A stretch of DNA of 64,000 bases from a virus. The translations under genes and the position numbers were made by a program. The stretch is from IMG/VR virus record IMGVR_UViG_3300021185_001730, positions 5,531 to 69,530 of that record; one strand, 5' to 3'. A model generated the notes under the pieces. That model was not told the DNA's origin. It searched no databases and worked only from the letters and a program-made list of their open reading frames with translations. This document shows positions 49,317 through 59,236 of this stretch, in pieces; position 1 is the stretch's first letter, and the number at the start of each line of letters is the position of its first letter.

Positions 49317-50501
49317 ATGAATATATTAACTGACATACTAAGTTTAATACAAAGAGGGAAGTTTACTAACGTTGCAGGAAAAGATGACGTTGTTGTATTA
49401 GGTATGTGGAATGAGAAACCTGAAATGACAGGTGTTGCTTCTCCTATACCATATAAGTCAGTTAAGCTGATTAAAGTCAAAGACCTTGCTTCATCTGAAA
49501 ACTGCGTTAATGAGAACATCATTAAGGTAAGTGACTCTGTTGGTGTATTTAAAAAAGAAGATATAGATCCAGCAACTGGAAAGTGTACAAGCTTTTTTAG
49601 GGGTCTATATTCAATGAGCCCAAACCTTTCTATAAAACTATCAGCAGATGATGATTATATTGAGTTTGATTCAGAAGGAGAACCAAACTTAGCAGCTAAT
49701 GTTGGTAGTGGTAAAAAAGTATGGAAAGATAAAGTTGGTGAGACACTTAACTTCAGAACATTAGTTGAGGGTAATGGGATTACTATTGGTGAATCAACAA
49801 ATGAGATCACTATAAATGCTACAGATAATAACACAACATATACTTATACTAGTTCTCAATCAGGTGTTAATGTAGACTTAAAACTAACCGGTTCTGATGG
49901 ATCATTAGGTAATGTAAAATTAGTTGCAGGTAATAATATAGTTTTATCTGACTCAGGATCAAATGAGGTAACAATTGATGCAGCTGGTGGTGGCGGTGGT
50001 GGTATGACTAGCTTCAATGTATATGATGAGAATCCAGGTGGTGCAGGACCAGGCTTTACTGTAAATGATGCAGATAATGTTTTATTTTGGGGACGTAATG
50101 GAGTAGGAACAGTAACTGGTGTTCCTTTAGGTTCAACAGCTAATCCTAAGTCAGTAGCAATAGCATTAGATCATTATTATGAATCATATGTAGGTATATT
50201 AAGCCAAGTTGGCACGGGTGTTCCAACGGAAGAAGTAAAGTATAATGATTTATCTCCAGCAAACTCATTAACTTGGACCAGATTATCAGCAGGACAGTAT
50301 AGAGGAACATGGGCTACACCAATTGACTCAACTAAAGCTACTTTTGAAATATCACAAACTTTTAAAGCAGGTCCATCATTTGCTAATATAGTAAGTGTAG
50401 GCAATAACTGGATTAATGTTATATGTGGTGAGCCTTCAACAAGTGTACTTGAAGATGATAGATTGGGTGGTACAATGTTAAAAGTTAGAATTTACCCATA
50501 A
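49317..50501 (+). CDS. Fiber/structural protein with shared N-terminal anchor
   Basis: 'LNFRTLVEGNGITI' and 'DNNTTY...LTGSDG...AGNNIVL' fiber repeats; N-terminus paralogous to 51924 and 55970. Confidence 0.65.
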   Translation: MNILTDILSLIQRGKFTNVAGKDDVVVLGMWNEKPEMTGVASPIPYKSVKLIKVKDLASSENCVNENIIKVSDSVGVFKKEDIDPATGKCTSFFRGLYSMSPNLSIKLSADDDYIEFDSEGEPNLAANVGSGKKVWKDKVGETLNFRTLVEGNGITIGESTNEITINATDNNTTYTYTSSQSGVNVDLKLTGSDGSLGNVKLVAGNNIVLSDSGSNEVTIDAAGGGGGGMTSFNVYDENPGGAGPGFTVNDADNVLFWGRNGVGTVTGVPLGSTANPKSVAIALDHYYESYVGILSQVGTGVPTEEVKYNDLSPANSLTWTRLSAGQYRGTWATPIDSTKATFEISQTFKAGPSFANIVSVGNNWINVICGEPSTSVLEDDRLGGTMLKVRIYP

Positions 50502-50511
50502 AATAAATATA

Positions 50512-50976
50512 ATGAGTGATAAAAAACCCAGAAAGAAGTTTAGAGATACCAAGGTAGGAAAGTTCCTTGTTGGTAATGGTTCTGCTATTGTAGATACAGT
50601 AGGAGATTTATTACCAGACTCTGGTGTTCTTGGTATAGTAAAGAATCTTATAGATAAAGATCCTGCTATGCCACCAGAAGACAAAGAGAAAGCTTTAAAA
50701 CTTTTAGAATTAGATCAGATAGAACTTCAAGAAGTTAGTAAAAGATGGGAGTCAGACATGAAATCAGATTCATGGCTCTCTAAAAATACAAGACCTATGA
50801 CATTAATTTATTTAACTGTTATTACGTCCTTGTACATTATTCTTGACTCATTAGATATAGCATTTGATATAGATGATAGTTGGGTAGAATTATTAAAGAC
50901 CTTGTTAGTTACAATTTATGTAGCTTATTTTGGGTCACGTGGATTTGAAAAATATACAACAATTAATAAAAAATAA
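50512..50976 (+). CDS. Holin-like membrane protein (3TM/GTA-holin-like)
   Basis: 'RWESDMKSDSWLSKNTRP', two TM segments, 'YFGSRGFEK'. Confidence 0.65.
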   Translation: MSDKKPRKKFRDTKVGKFLVGNGSAIVDTVGDLLPDSGVLGIVKNLIDKDPAMPPEDKEKALKLLELDQIELQEVSKRWESDMKSDSWLSKNTRPMTLIYLTVITSLYIILDSLDIAFDIDDSWVELLKTLLVTIYVAYFGSRGFEKYTTINKK

Positions 50977-50981
50977 AAATT

Positions 50982-51239
50982 ATGCAAAATAATATGAAAA
51001 ATTCCTACAAGGTAGGAGGAGCTAGAAAGAAAAAAGACTCTTATGGAGATGGTGGTATGGATTATTCATACCAAAATATGTTTGCTAAAATGGGTGGTGC
51101 TATGGGAACTACAGACGTAATGGATGTAATCCAAGGTTCTAGTGAAATGCAAATGAGAAGAGGTGGCTCAGTAAAGAAAAAGAAAGGTACCAAAAAAGGT
51201 ATGGTTAGAAAAACTGCACGTAGAGCATATAAAAAATAA
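50982..51239 (+). CDS. Small basic protein with four xxGG motifs
   Basis: SYKVGG, SYGDGG, AKMGG, MRRGG; Lys/Arg-rich tail. Confidence 0.65.
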   Translation: MQNNMKNSYKVGGARKKKDSYGDGGMDYSYQNMFAKMGGAMGTTDVMDVIQGSSEMQMRRGGSVKKKKGTKKGMVRKTARRAYKK

Positions 51240-51242
51240 AAT

Positions 51243-51329
51243 ATGAATAATAATAGACAACAATGTGCATGTGGAAATACACAAAGTGCTGATGGTACTT
51301 GTGATGGATCTCACTTGCTTAAAAAATAA
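51243..51329 (+). CDS. 28-aa CDGSH-type iron-sulfur microprotein (not in ORF track)
   Basis: MNNNRQQCACGNTQSADGTCDGSHLLKK*; fills the gap between 51239 and 51335 almost exactly. Confidence 0.75.
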   Translation: MNNNRQQCACGNTQSADGTCDGSHLLKK

Positions 51330-51334
51330 TAATC

Positions 51335-51562
51335 ATGGCTAAAAAAATATCATTCCCAATGGGAGACGGAAAGGTAGAGAATGGGTATTTTGACCCAACT
51401 TCTATACCAGCAAAAATTCAAGCAAAAAAGAATGCAACTGCTACTGCAACTAGAATGAGACTAGCTGCACAAGGAGTTGAGATTAAACGTATGTCTACTA
51501 GAGCATCTGAACCAGTTCAATCAGAAGCTTTTAAAAATGGATATAGAAACGGTAAAAAATAA
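51335..51562 (+). CDS. Small basic hypothetical protein
   Basis: 75 aa in a tightly packed operon. Confidence 0.6.
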   Translation: MAKKISFPMGDGKVENGYFDPTSIPAKIQAKKNATATATRMRLAAQGVEIKRMSTRASEPVQSEAFKNGYRNGKK

Positions 51563-51568
51563 ATTACT

Positions 51569-51913
51569 ATGGCAACATTAACAGCACAACAAATAACTCA
51601 AGCGGGTATAGTACCTGTAACAGTAACTCCTGAACCAGCAGGTGATAAACTTGCAAATACAGGAAAGCAATTTTTTCATATTGAAAATGCCAGTGGTTCA
51701 TCAGTAACAGCTACAGTTGTTCCTGTAGTTACTACTGTTGTAGATCCTTTGTTAGGAGTACTTACAAAAGAAGATGCTGTTTTAACATTAGCTGCTAATC
51801 AAGAAGGGTTCTTAGGACCTTTTGAAGTTGATGCTTTTAATGATGTTGATGGTAATATAACAATAACATGTTCAGGAACGGCTAGTATTAAACTATCTGC
51901 ACTGTACTTATAA
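51569..51913 (+). CDS. Small beta-rich virion protein (decoration/Ig-like candidate)
   Basis: Thr/Val-rich 114 aa, 'AGDKLANTG..FFHIEN', 'GPF...AFND'; starts MAT like many structural proteins. Confidence 0.5.
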   Translation: MATLTAQQITQAGIVPVTVTPEPAGDKLANTGKQFFHIENASGSSVTATVVPVVTTVVDPLLGVLTKEDAVLTLAANQEGFLGPFEVDAFNDVDGNITITCSGTASIKLSALYL

Positions 51914-51923
51914 ATAAAAAACA

Positions 51924-54900
51924 ATGGGCTCATTATTACAAGATGTAATTGGATTATTTTCCAAGAAAAAATATGCACCAAAACCATATGATGTAAATAC
52001 AGATGGTAAGGAAGATTACTTAGTTTTATCTACTAAACAAGATAGTTCTTTAAATGTTATGGCATATCTGCCTAAACTAGATCAAGAATTGATTTCAATA
52101 TTTGATCTTGCTTCTGCTATCAATGGTGCAGGAAATACCACTTATGATTTTGCAAATGTGGATCTAGCTGGTAAAACTAATCTTAACCTGACTGGTTCAG
52201 ATGGTACTGTAGATACAGTAAGTCTTGTTGGAAAAACAGGAATAACCGTTGTAAGTAATGGATCTGATGTAGAACTTAGTGTTACATCAGGAACTTGGGT
52301 AGAATGTACTGGATCTAATACAGCCAATGTTATCCCAATGTGGGATGGTGGTACTTGTTCTCTTGGTGAGAGTGAGCTTGTTTATGATGGTGCTAATCAA
52401 TATGAATTAATCAACAATAAGAAATTTAAAGTTGCTTGGTTAAGTATGGCAGCAAACCCAGCTGTCATAGACACATCTAATGGTACAGGGTCTGTTGGTC
52501 AGGTTCTTACAGTAGGTGCTGGTAATACCTTAGAGTGGACTACAAATGGTACCGGGTCAATGTCTTCATGGAACTTAACTGCTGACAATGCTGCATCATC
52601 TGTAGTGTCAGATAATAATACAGTAGATATAGCAGGAGGTGCTAAAATAAGCACAGTAAATATTGCAAATACAGTAACAGTTAATCACGATAATACAACT
52701 AGAACAGATACTACTTCTTCTGTAACTCCTGGACCTGGTGTCCAGTTTTCTGTTATAGATACTATAGTGTCAGATGCAACAGGTCACATTACAGATGTTA
52801 ATACTAAGAATGTAACAATGCCTACTATAACAGGCGTTACTAGTGTTGGTACTGATACTCCTGATACAATATCTATTGGAGGAACAGCACAAGATCCAAC
52901 TGTAAACACTATTACAGGAGCAGTTGGTGATAATAATACTTGGTTAGTAACAGGAGACGATGTATATGAATATATAACTAATCTTGGTCTTGTAGAAAGT
53001 GTGACTGGTGGTGTTGGTATCAACTTAACTGGAACAGCGGCAGATCCAATAGTCAATATAGACTATGCGGGTGTAGATAATGCAATTATAGTTGCACCTA
53101 CAGAAGTAATTACAGATAATGATTACTTATGGTTTAGTGATGCATCAGATAATAATATAAAGAAAGTTAAGGTTTCTGATCTACCTGATAATGCTTCTGG
53201 TGTTCAACAAATTATAGCAGGAACAAACATAAGCATTACTCCAATAAATGGACAAGGAATAGTTACAGTTAATTCAACTGATCAATTTACAGGAACAGTT
53301 ACATCAGTAGATACATCTAATGGTGTATTTGTAGATGTATCAGGTGGGGTAATAACTTCAGCAGGAACCATCACAGCAGAGTTATCTGCAACAGGAACTC
53401 CTGACTCTAGTAAATATTTAAGAGGTGATAATACTTGGGCAACTATCCCGGCAGATAATGACACAACATATACTTTATCTTCTGTACAAAATTTATCTGA
53501 TATAGATCTTACATTAAATGGTTCAGATGGTACATCAGATGTAGTATCAGTAATAGCGGGTACTGGTATAACATTAACAAATACTGGAAGTGATTTTAGA
53601 ATTGATGGTAACATAGGAACAGTAACAAGTGTTTCATCTACAACAGCAGGAGATGCTTTAGATGTGTTAGTTGCAAACCCAACAAGTACTCCTGCTCTAG
53701 ATTTTACATGGGCAGGTGATGCTACACAATATGTAGACGGTGCAGGTAATTTAGCTTTATTAACCTCAATACCAACCAACCTAATATTAACTACAACAGG
53801 AACTAGTGGTGCTGCTACTTTAGTTGGTAATACTTTAAATGTTCCTCAATATGCTTCAGGAGCAGTTACTATACTAGATAATGGTACATCATTAACAGCT
53901 GCAGTTCAATCAATTGATTTTGTAGGAGCAGGTGTAACATTAACAGAACCAACTCCAGATAATATAGTAGTTACAATACCTGATACAATTTATACAAATG
54001 ACCCTGGTATTACAGTTGATAATACAACTAATAAGATAGGACTAGATTACTCAGGAACAGATAACTATATATACTTAACTAGCCTTAAAGCCCCAGATGC
54101 AACATCATTAATAAACTGGTCAGAAGCATCAGGTGCTACACCTATGGTATTTAATGCTTCAATTAGTGATATTGTTAATATTGGTTCAGCCGGTTGGGAT
54201 TTACAAGGTGATATAGGAGCAGCTAAAAATATAGGTAATGGTGATATAGCTCTTATACAAGGTGGTGTTGCTCTTACTTCTTCAACATCTGGTACTAATG
54301 TTTTAACATTAGACTTAGATAATACAGCAGTAACTGCAGGAGCCTATACTAATGCAGATATAACTGTAGATGCACAAGGTAGAATAACAGCAGCAGCAAA
54401 TGGCACCGGAGGAGGTGGATCAATGTCAAGCTTCTTTATAACAGATGGTGTTACAACTGAAGAAGTTGAAGATGCTAATACTATAACTTTCTCTGCAGCA
54501 ACAGGTTCAGCTGGAGGAGGTTTAACAATTGATGTAACTGGAACGGACACTGTTACTATAGGTGTTGATACAGTAGGTGCTGACAATCTAATTATGGCTA
54601 GACCTACTCTTGCGGGTATTGCTAGTTTAGATTACTTTATGTTTAGTGATACTAACGGGGGTGATCAACTTTATAAGCAACAGTTTTATTTAATGCCAGG
54701 ATACTATGCAGGTTTCTGGACAAGAGGAGATAATTTAAATACAGGTAGTGGTCTTGCTTCCCCAACAGATTTTGAATTAAATATTGAAGGAGGAACAGGT
54801 ATTACAACTAATGCTACTACTGCTGGCTCAACTCCAGTTATTAATACAGTAGCTATAGACTTAGATAATACTGGTGTAACAGCCGGGTCTTATACCAATG

Positions 54901-55949
54901 CAGACATTACAGTAAATGCTCAAGGGCAAATTACTGTAGCATCTAACGGAACTGGAGGAGGTGGTATGACATCATGGACAGTACAGGCTGATGGTGGTAC
55001 AGATCAGGTTATAACAAATGGAGATAAGTTAAACTTAATAGGAACAGCTCCTATTAGCACGTTTGCACAAGCTACAGATGAGGTAGTATTTACACATGAT
55101 ACATCAGGTGTTACAGCAGGAAGTTATACTAATGCTAATATTACTATAGATAATATGGGGCATATTACTGCTGCTGCTAACGGTACTGGAGGTGGAGTTA
55201 CTGCTGTAAACTTTAATTTAGGAACAAGTACAGGTGCTCCTTTAAGTGGGATCATTAATGGTCAAGCTCTAAACTTAACATCAAATGTATTTACTGGAGG
55301 GACTAATGTAGGACATGTACCATCATATGGTTCTGATCCTGGTAGCCAAAAGTTTTATTTAGATGCAACAGGTCAATGGTCTGAGCCGGGTAGTACATCT
55401 ATTATTGCAGGTTGTGGTATTAATAAAAATGGTAGTACAGTAAGTGTAGAATATGGACCTTTAGCAACAAACGTAATTAACTGTGCTGCAAATGGTATTA
55501 AAGAAAATGTAGATCTTGAAAAAGATACAATAATATATAATGATGTAGACTCAGGAGGTTTAGGAATTGATGAGGTAAAAGAATTAGTAATTGCTGATTT
55601 ACTAGATAGAATGGTATCTAGAAGTACTTTTGCTCAGGCTGCAGCATGGTGTTCTTTTGATACAGGTGGAAGCATATTTACAAATTCAGGTAGATCAGGA
55701 ATAGGTACATTATCAGTAACTAGTAATGGTACAGCATCATCTACTTTAAGTTGGACAACTCCATTATCAGGAACAAATTATTTAGTATGTTTAACAACTG
55801 AAAGTTCAACCACAGCTTTTCATACATATGTTAGACTAAAGACTACAACCAGTTGTATAATTGGTACAAATAATATTACTAATCCAAATATACCGGCAGC
55901 TACTTTAGTTAACGTTGTAATTTATGATGTTGGATTAAATACTATATAA
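51924..55949 (+). CDS. Long tail/head fiber protein with internal repeats
   Basis: Thr/Gly/Val-rich; repeats 'VTAGxYTNAxITVxxxGxITxAxNGTGGG' (x3), 'GTVTSV' and 'TTY...LxGSDG'. Confidence 0.75.
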   Translation: MGSLLQDVIGLFSKKKYAPKPYDVNTDGKEDYLVLSTKQDSSLNVMAYLPKLDQELISIFDLASAINGAGNTTYDFANVDLAGKTNLNLTGSDGTVDTVSLVGKTGITVVSNGSDVELSVTSGTWVECTGSNTANVIPMWDGGTCSLGESELVYDGANQYELINNKKFKVAWLSMAANPAVIDTSNGTGSVGQVLTVGAGNTLEWTTNGTGSMSSWNLTADNAASSVVSDNNTVDIAGGAKISTVNIANTVTVNHDNTTRTDTTSSVTPGPGVQFSVIDTIVSDATGHITDVNTKNVTMPTITGVTSVGTDTPDTISIGGTAQDPTVNTITGAVGDNNTWLVTGDDVYEYITNLGLVESVTGGVGINLTGTAADPIVNIDYAGVDNAIIVAPTEVITDNDYLWFSDASDNNIKKVKVSDLPDNASGVQQIIAGTNISITPINGQGIVTVNSTDQFTGTVTSVDTSNGVFVDVSGGVITSAGTITAELSATGTPDSSKYLRGDNTWATIPADNDTTYTLSSVQNLSDIDLTLNGSDGTSDVVSVIAGTGITLTNTGSDFRIDGNIGTVTSVSSTTAGDALDVLVANPTSTPALDFTWAGDATQYVDGAGNLALLTSIPTNLILTTTGTSGAATLVGNTLNVPQYASGAVTILDNGTSLTAAVQSIDFVGAGVTLTEPTPDNIVVTIPDTIYTNDPGITVDNTTNKIGLDYSGTDNYIYLTSLKAPDATSLINWSEASGATPMVFNASISDIVNIGSAGWDLQGDIGAAKNIGNGDIALIQGGVALTSSTSGTNVLTLDLDNTAVTAGAYTNADITVDAQGRITAAANGTGGGGSMSSFFITDGVTTEEVEDANTITFSAATGSAGGGLTIDVTGTDTVTIGVDTVGADNLIMARPTLAGIASLDYFMFSDTNGGDQLYKQQFYLMPGYYAGFWTRGDNLNTGSGLASPTDFELNIEGGTGITTNATTAGSTPVINTVAIDLDNTGVTAGSYTNADITVNAQGQITVASNGTGGGGMTSWTVQADGGTDQVITNGDKLNLIGTAPISTFAQATDEVVFTHDTSGVTAGSYTNANITIDNMGHITAAANGTGGGVTAVNFNLGTSTGAPLSGIINGQALNLTSNVFTGGTNVGHVPSYGSDPGSQKFYLDATGQWSEPGSTSIIAGCGINKNGSTVSVEYGPLATNVINCAANGIKENVDLEKDTIIYNDVDSGGLGIDEVKELVIADLLDRMVSRSTFAQAAAWCSFDTGGSIFTNSGRSGIGTLSVTSNGTASSTLSWTTPLSGTNYLVCLTTESSTTAFHTYVRLKTTTSCIIGTNNITNPNIPAATLVNVVIYDVGLNTI
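54313..55197 (+). repeat. Three diverged ~100-nt coding repeats in the fiber gene (~54313-54420, ~54855-54965, ~55100-55197)
   Basis: Each encodes (D)NT.VTAG.YTNA.IT....G.IT.A.NGTGGG; synonymous divergence between copies. Confidence 0.75.
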
Positions 55950-55969
55950 TAAAACTAAAATAAAAAGAA

Positions 55970-58900
55970 ATGAGTGTTTATATACAAGAGGTCTTAGGGC
56001 TACTAAAAAGAAATAAAAAGAAGACAAAACTAGACAAAATGAGAGATCATTTTGAGTTTGGTAAACTTTATAATAACAGTTCCCTGAATACAGGTGCGGC
56101 TTATAACCCTAAGATGGAACCTTTTGTTGTGAAGTTTGGTGACTTAGTATGTGAAGTTACTGAGAACTTAACAAGAACACAACCTGGCTCAGGTAATTTA
56201 GGAGTTGTTCCTGTGTATACAACACCAGAAGGCTCATGTGCATGGGATACATTAATGGATTCTATCATAACACAAAATGCAGTAGGTGATACTATTAATA
56301 TTGCAGGTGACTTATATGTACAAGGTACTATAACAACTCCAACATTAACAGAAGACCGTGTTGTTATTGTAGGACCAGGAGGTGTATTAGAAGATGATGG
56401 TAACTTTACAATGGATGGAGTTACATTTACTGCATTAGTAAATGTACAACATGGTAGTATTACAGCATCCCCAAATGTTCCAACAACTACTACAACTTTA
56501 AATTCAAATATTATACTTAATGGACCAGTAACTGACTCACAAGGAAATGTAGGTCAATTATCTCAAGTACTTGTAGGTTTAGGTGACGGAAGAGTTATAT
56601 GGTCAGATGATGATGTTGTAGAAGCTTTGACTTATGGAAGCTTATGGCAAGGTAATATAAACAATTTAAAACAAGAGTTACCTATTGGAACAGCAGATCA
56701 GATTCTTATTTCTGATGGTACTACTTTTGCATGGCAAGATAATCCTGCTGCAATTGTAGGTGAAATATGTGCTGTATATAGAATTCCTTTATGGACACCT
56801 GATTCAAATACATTAGGTTGTTCTTTATTAATACAGGATGGTAACTCAACAACGCCTGCTACTAAGATTACTAATGATGGTAAGCTACAACAAACAAAAG
56901 AATTATTCTTAGATACAGTAGCACAAGATGATACTCTTACAGAAGTATTAGTAAGAGACACAGGTGCTTCTAATGAAGTTAAGTTTAGAGATGTAGCTAC
57001 AATTGTTCCTCCTGTAGGATTTGATACACTTGTGATGAGTGATGTTAATGACTGGACACAAACTTACCTTAATGCATATGTACCTCTTGATGATACAAGT
57101 GTAGCATATATGCGTATTGGTGGTATGACAGGATTAACAGATGGTCAAGAAGGACACGTCATTGCAGAAAATGTAAAGAGTGGTGCTCTTCTAGCACAAG
57201 ATGCTATTAGATTCCCAAATGGTTGGGGTATTCCGGGTGAACTATGGAACAATCAGGTATCATGGACAATAGGTGCCAATGGTATGAATGGATATAAAGA
57301 TACAGATACACTGTTATTTGGTGAGACACTTAAATTTAAATATATAAACTACCAAGCACCCGGTCAAGCAAATAATGTTTTATTTTGGGATGCTTGTTGT
57401 AAACTTTATTCATCTAATCAATGTCCTGTAGGAACAAATCAAACACTTACAACAGATGAAAATATAGCTATATCAAGTCAAGCTGTAGTTGTTGATGATG
57501 GCTTTGGTGGATATGGTCTTACTTATGCATTACAAACTAATGTTAGTAATGGTACATTAAATTTCAATACAACTACTGGTCAATATACATATACTCCAGC
57601 TACTAATTATTTTGGTACAGATCAATTTACTTATACAGCAACTGATGGATATTGTACAACAGATCCTATTACTGTAACAATTATTGTTAATGCAGTAGCT
57701 GAACCACCTATATGGACTAGCTCATGTCCTGACACAAGTAGTCTTATAGCAGGAGATGTTTATACATATAATTATACAGTAAGTGATCCAGATCACGCAT
57801 GTAACCAACTCAGTGTAAGTTTTACTTTAACAGATAATGCTACTGGTCTTCCGGCTACATGGCTAACTAATACGTATAATAATGACTGTACTGGTACTAT
57901 AACAGGAACTTATCCTGTAACAGGTGGTGTATTCACATTAGCCTTGACAGTAACAGATACTGATACTCCTGCTAACTCTACAGGTCAAGTTTGTAATATA
58001 GCAGGTCTTGTCCCAGATAAGGATACATTCTTTAATTTCTGGTTTGATCTATCAGGATCAATGGATGATATTGTAAATACAATAGCATCAAACTCAAGTT
58101 TAGCAAGAGTATATTCTCAATCAGATACTGGTGGTACAGGTACAGGAACAAGTACTCTTCAAATGAATCCCGGCATAGGTGGTCTAAGAAGAGTTGACGT
58201 TCCACTAAATGTTGCTGCTGGATGGAATAGTAGTTCAACTAATGGAAATTCTTCATGGTGGTGTGTAAGACCAGGTATGAGTGTATCAGGTCCAGGAATT
58301 CTACCAGGAACGTTTGTTGCAGCTACAAACTTTACTGCTATACCGGGGCAAATGACACTAGAGGATGCCGGTGGAAACGCTATAATTCATACTGTAGCTG
58401 CAAATACAGAGTTAACATTTGAGTTAACTGCTACAATGATAGGTGCTGATTATACTGATATAAATAATTTAAGAAATACATTCCAAGACTTTTATGCTAC
58501 AGGTCAAACATATGCTCAAGAAACAGCAGCTGGTGTACCGCATAATTCAGCAACAAATGGTGTAGATGGATATAATTCACACATTATATGGTGTCATGAT
58601 GCTACTGAACACCCTATAGATGGTTTAGCTAACAGGGGTTTAGGTCAAGCTGGTAACGGTGCTTTAGATGTTGGACCAGTTTCAGATACCTCTTTAGCAA
58701 ACGCAGATTGGTTCTTTGATGCCACTCAAATTTTTATGTTTGCAATTTATGATGAGTCTTGTTGTGGTGGTAATAGATATTTCAATTTTTGGGATACAAG
58801 AAATACAAGTACAGGTGGTGATACTGTAGGTGATACACAGAGAGTGGTTAATACATTTAATAATACATCTAACTCTGTAACTTTGAGAGGTATTTGTATG

Positions 58901-59236
58901 AATATGGAACCTAACGCTGGACCAGCAATGACAGGTATATGGGGTTATAATGGTGCATTTACTGTGGGTCTTAATACTCCTATCCCTTTCTCTGACCCTA
59001 CAGTTGCTAGTGCTGCAATACCTGCAACTGCCTATCAAGGTACAAGTGTAGATACTCTATATAGTAATTATGCAGGAGGGAGTGGAATCAAAGCAATAAG
59101 ACCTTATCCAACTACGGAAGTAGGATTCACACATAATGGCTATCTTGGTGTAGTAAGTAATAGTTCTGCTAATCCAGGTTCATATTATTTTAATGCTTTT
59201 AAAGCAGCATTATTAGATCACGGTTTAATACTATAA
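55970..59236 (+). CDS. Adhesin-like virion protein: shared anchor, Ig/cadherin-like domains, C-terminal vWA-like domain
   Basis: 'NGTLNFNTTTGQYTYTPATNYFGTDQFTYTATDG' (Big_9/cadherin-like); 'FWFDLSGSM' MIDAS; 'FAIYDES'. Confidence 0.65.
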   Translation: MSVYIQEVLGLLKRNKKKTKLDKMRDHFEFGKLYNNSSLNTGAAYNPKMEPFVVKFGDLVCEVTENLTRTQPGSGNLGVVPVYTTPEGSCAWDTLMDSIITQNAVGDTINIAGDLYVQGTITTPTLTEDRVVIVGPGGVLEDDGNFTMDGVTFTALVNVQHGSITASPNVPTTTTTLNSNIILNGPVTDSQGNVGQLSQVLVGLGDGRVIWSDDDVVEALTYGSLWQGNINNLKQELPIGTADQILISDGTTFAWQDNPAAIVGEICAVYRIPLWTPDSNTLGCSLLIQDGNSTTPATKITNDGKLQQTKELFLDTVAQDDTLTEVLVRDTGASNEVKFRDVATIVPPVGFDTLVMSDVNDWTQTYLNAYVPLDDTSVAYMRIGGMTGLTDGQEGHVIAENVKSGALLAQDAIRFPNGWGIPGELWNNQVSWTIGANGMNGYKDTDTLLFGETLKFKYINYQAPGQANNVLFWDACCKLYSSNQCPVGTNQTLTTDENIAISSQAVVVDDGFGGYGLTYALQTNVSNGTLNFNTTTGQYTYTPATNYFGTDQFTYTATDGYCTTDPITVTIIVNAVAEPPIWTSSCPDTSSLIAGDVYTYNYTVSDPDHACNQLSVSFTLTDNATGLPATWLTNTYNNDCTGTITGTYPVTGGVFTLALTVTDTDTPANSTGQVCNIAGLVPDKDTFFNFWFDLSGSMDDIVNTIASNSSLARVYSQSDTGGTGTGTSTLQMNPGIGGLRRVDVPLNVAAGWNSSSTNGNSSWWCVRPGMSVSGPGILPGTFVAATNFTAIPGQMTLEDAGGNAIIHTVAANTELTFELTATMIGADYTDINNLRNTFQDFYATGQTYAQETAAGVPHNSATNGVDGYNSHIIWCHDATEHPIDGLANRGLGQAGNGALDVGPVSDTSLANADWFFDATQIFMFAIYDESCCGGNRYFNFWDTRNTSTGGDTVGDTQRVVNTFNNTSNSVTLRGICMNMEPNAGPAMTGIWGYNGAFTVGLNTPIPFSDPTVASAAIPATAYQGTSVDTLYSNYAGGSGIKAIRPYPTTEVGFTHNGYLGVVSNSSANPGSYYFNAFKAALLDHGLIL

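Noticed and set aside
54313-55197. CRISPR array or DGR template/variable repeat
   Set aside because: The repeats are in-frame protein repeats with synonymous divergence, not adenine-specific; no reverse transcriptase or cas gene is in the window.
11821-59038. Numerous 60-165 aa antisense or alternate-frame ORFs in the ORF track (e.g. 16613, 35109, 49112, 53282, 58694)
   Set aside because: They lie within or across long, well-supported genes and read as shadow frames rich in Ser/Leu/Ile with no motifs.
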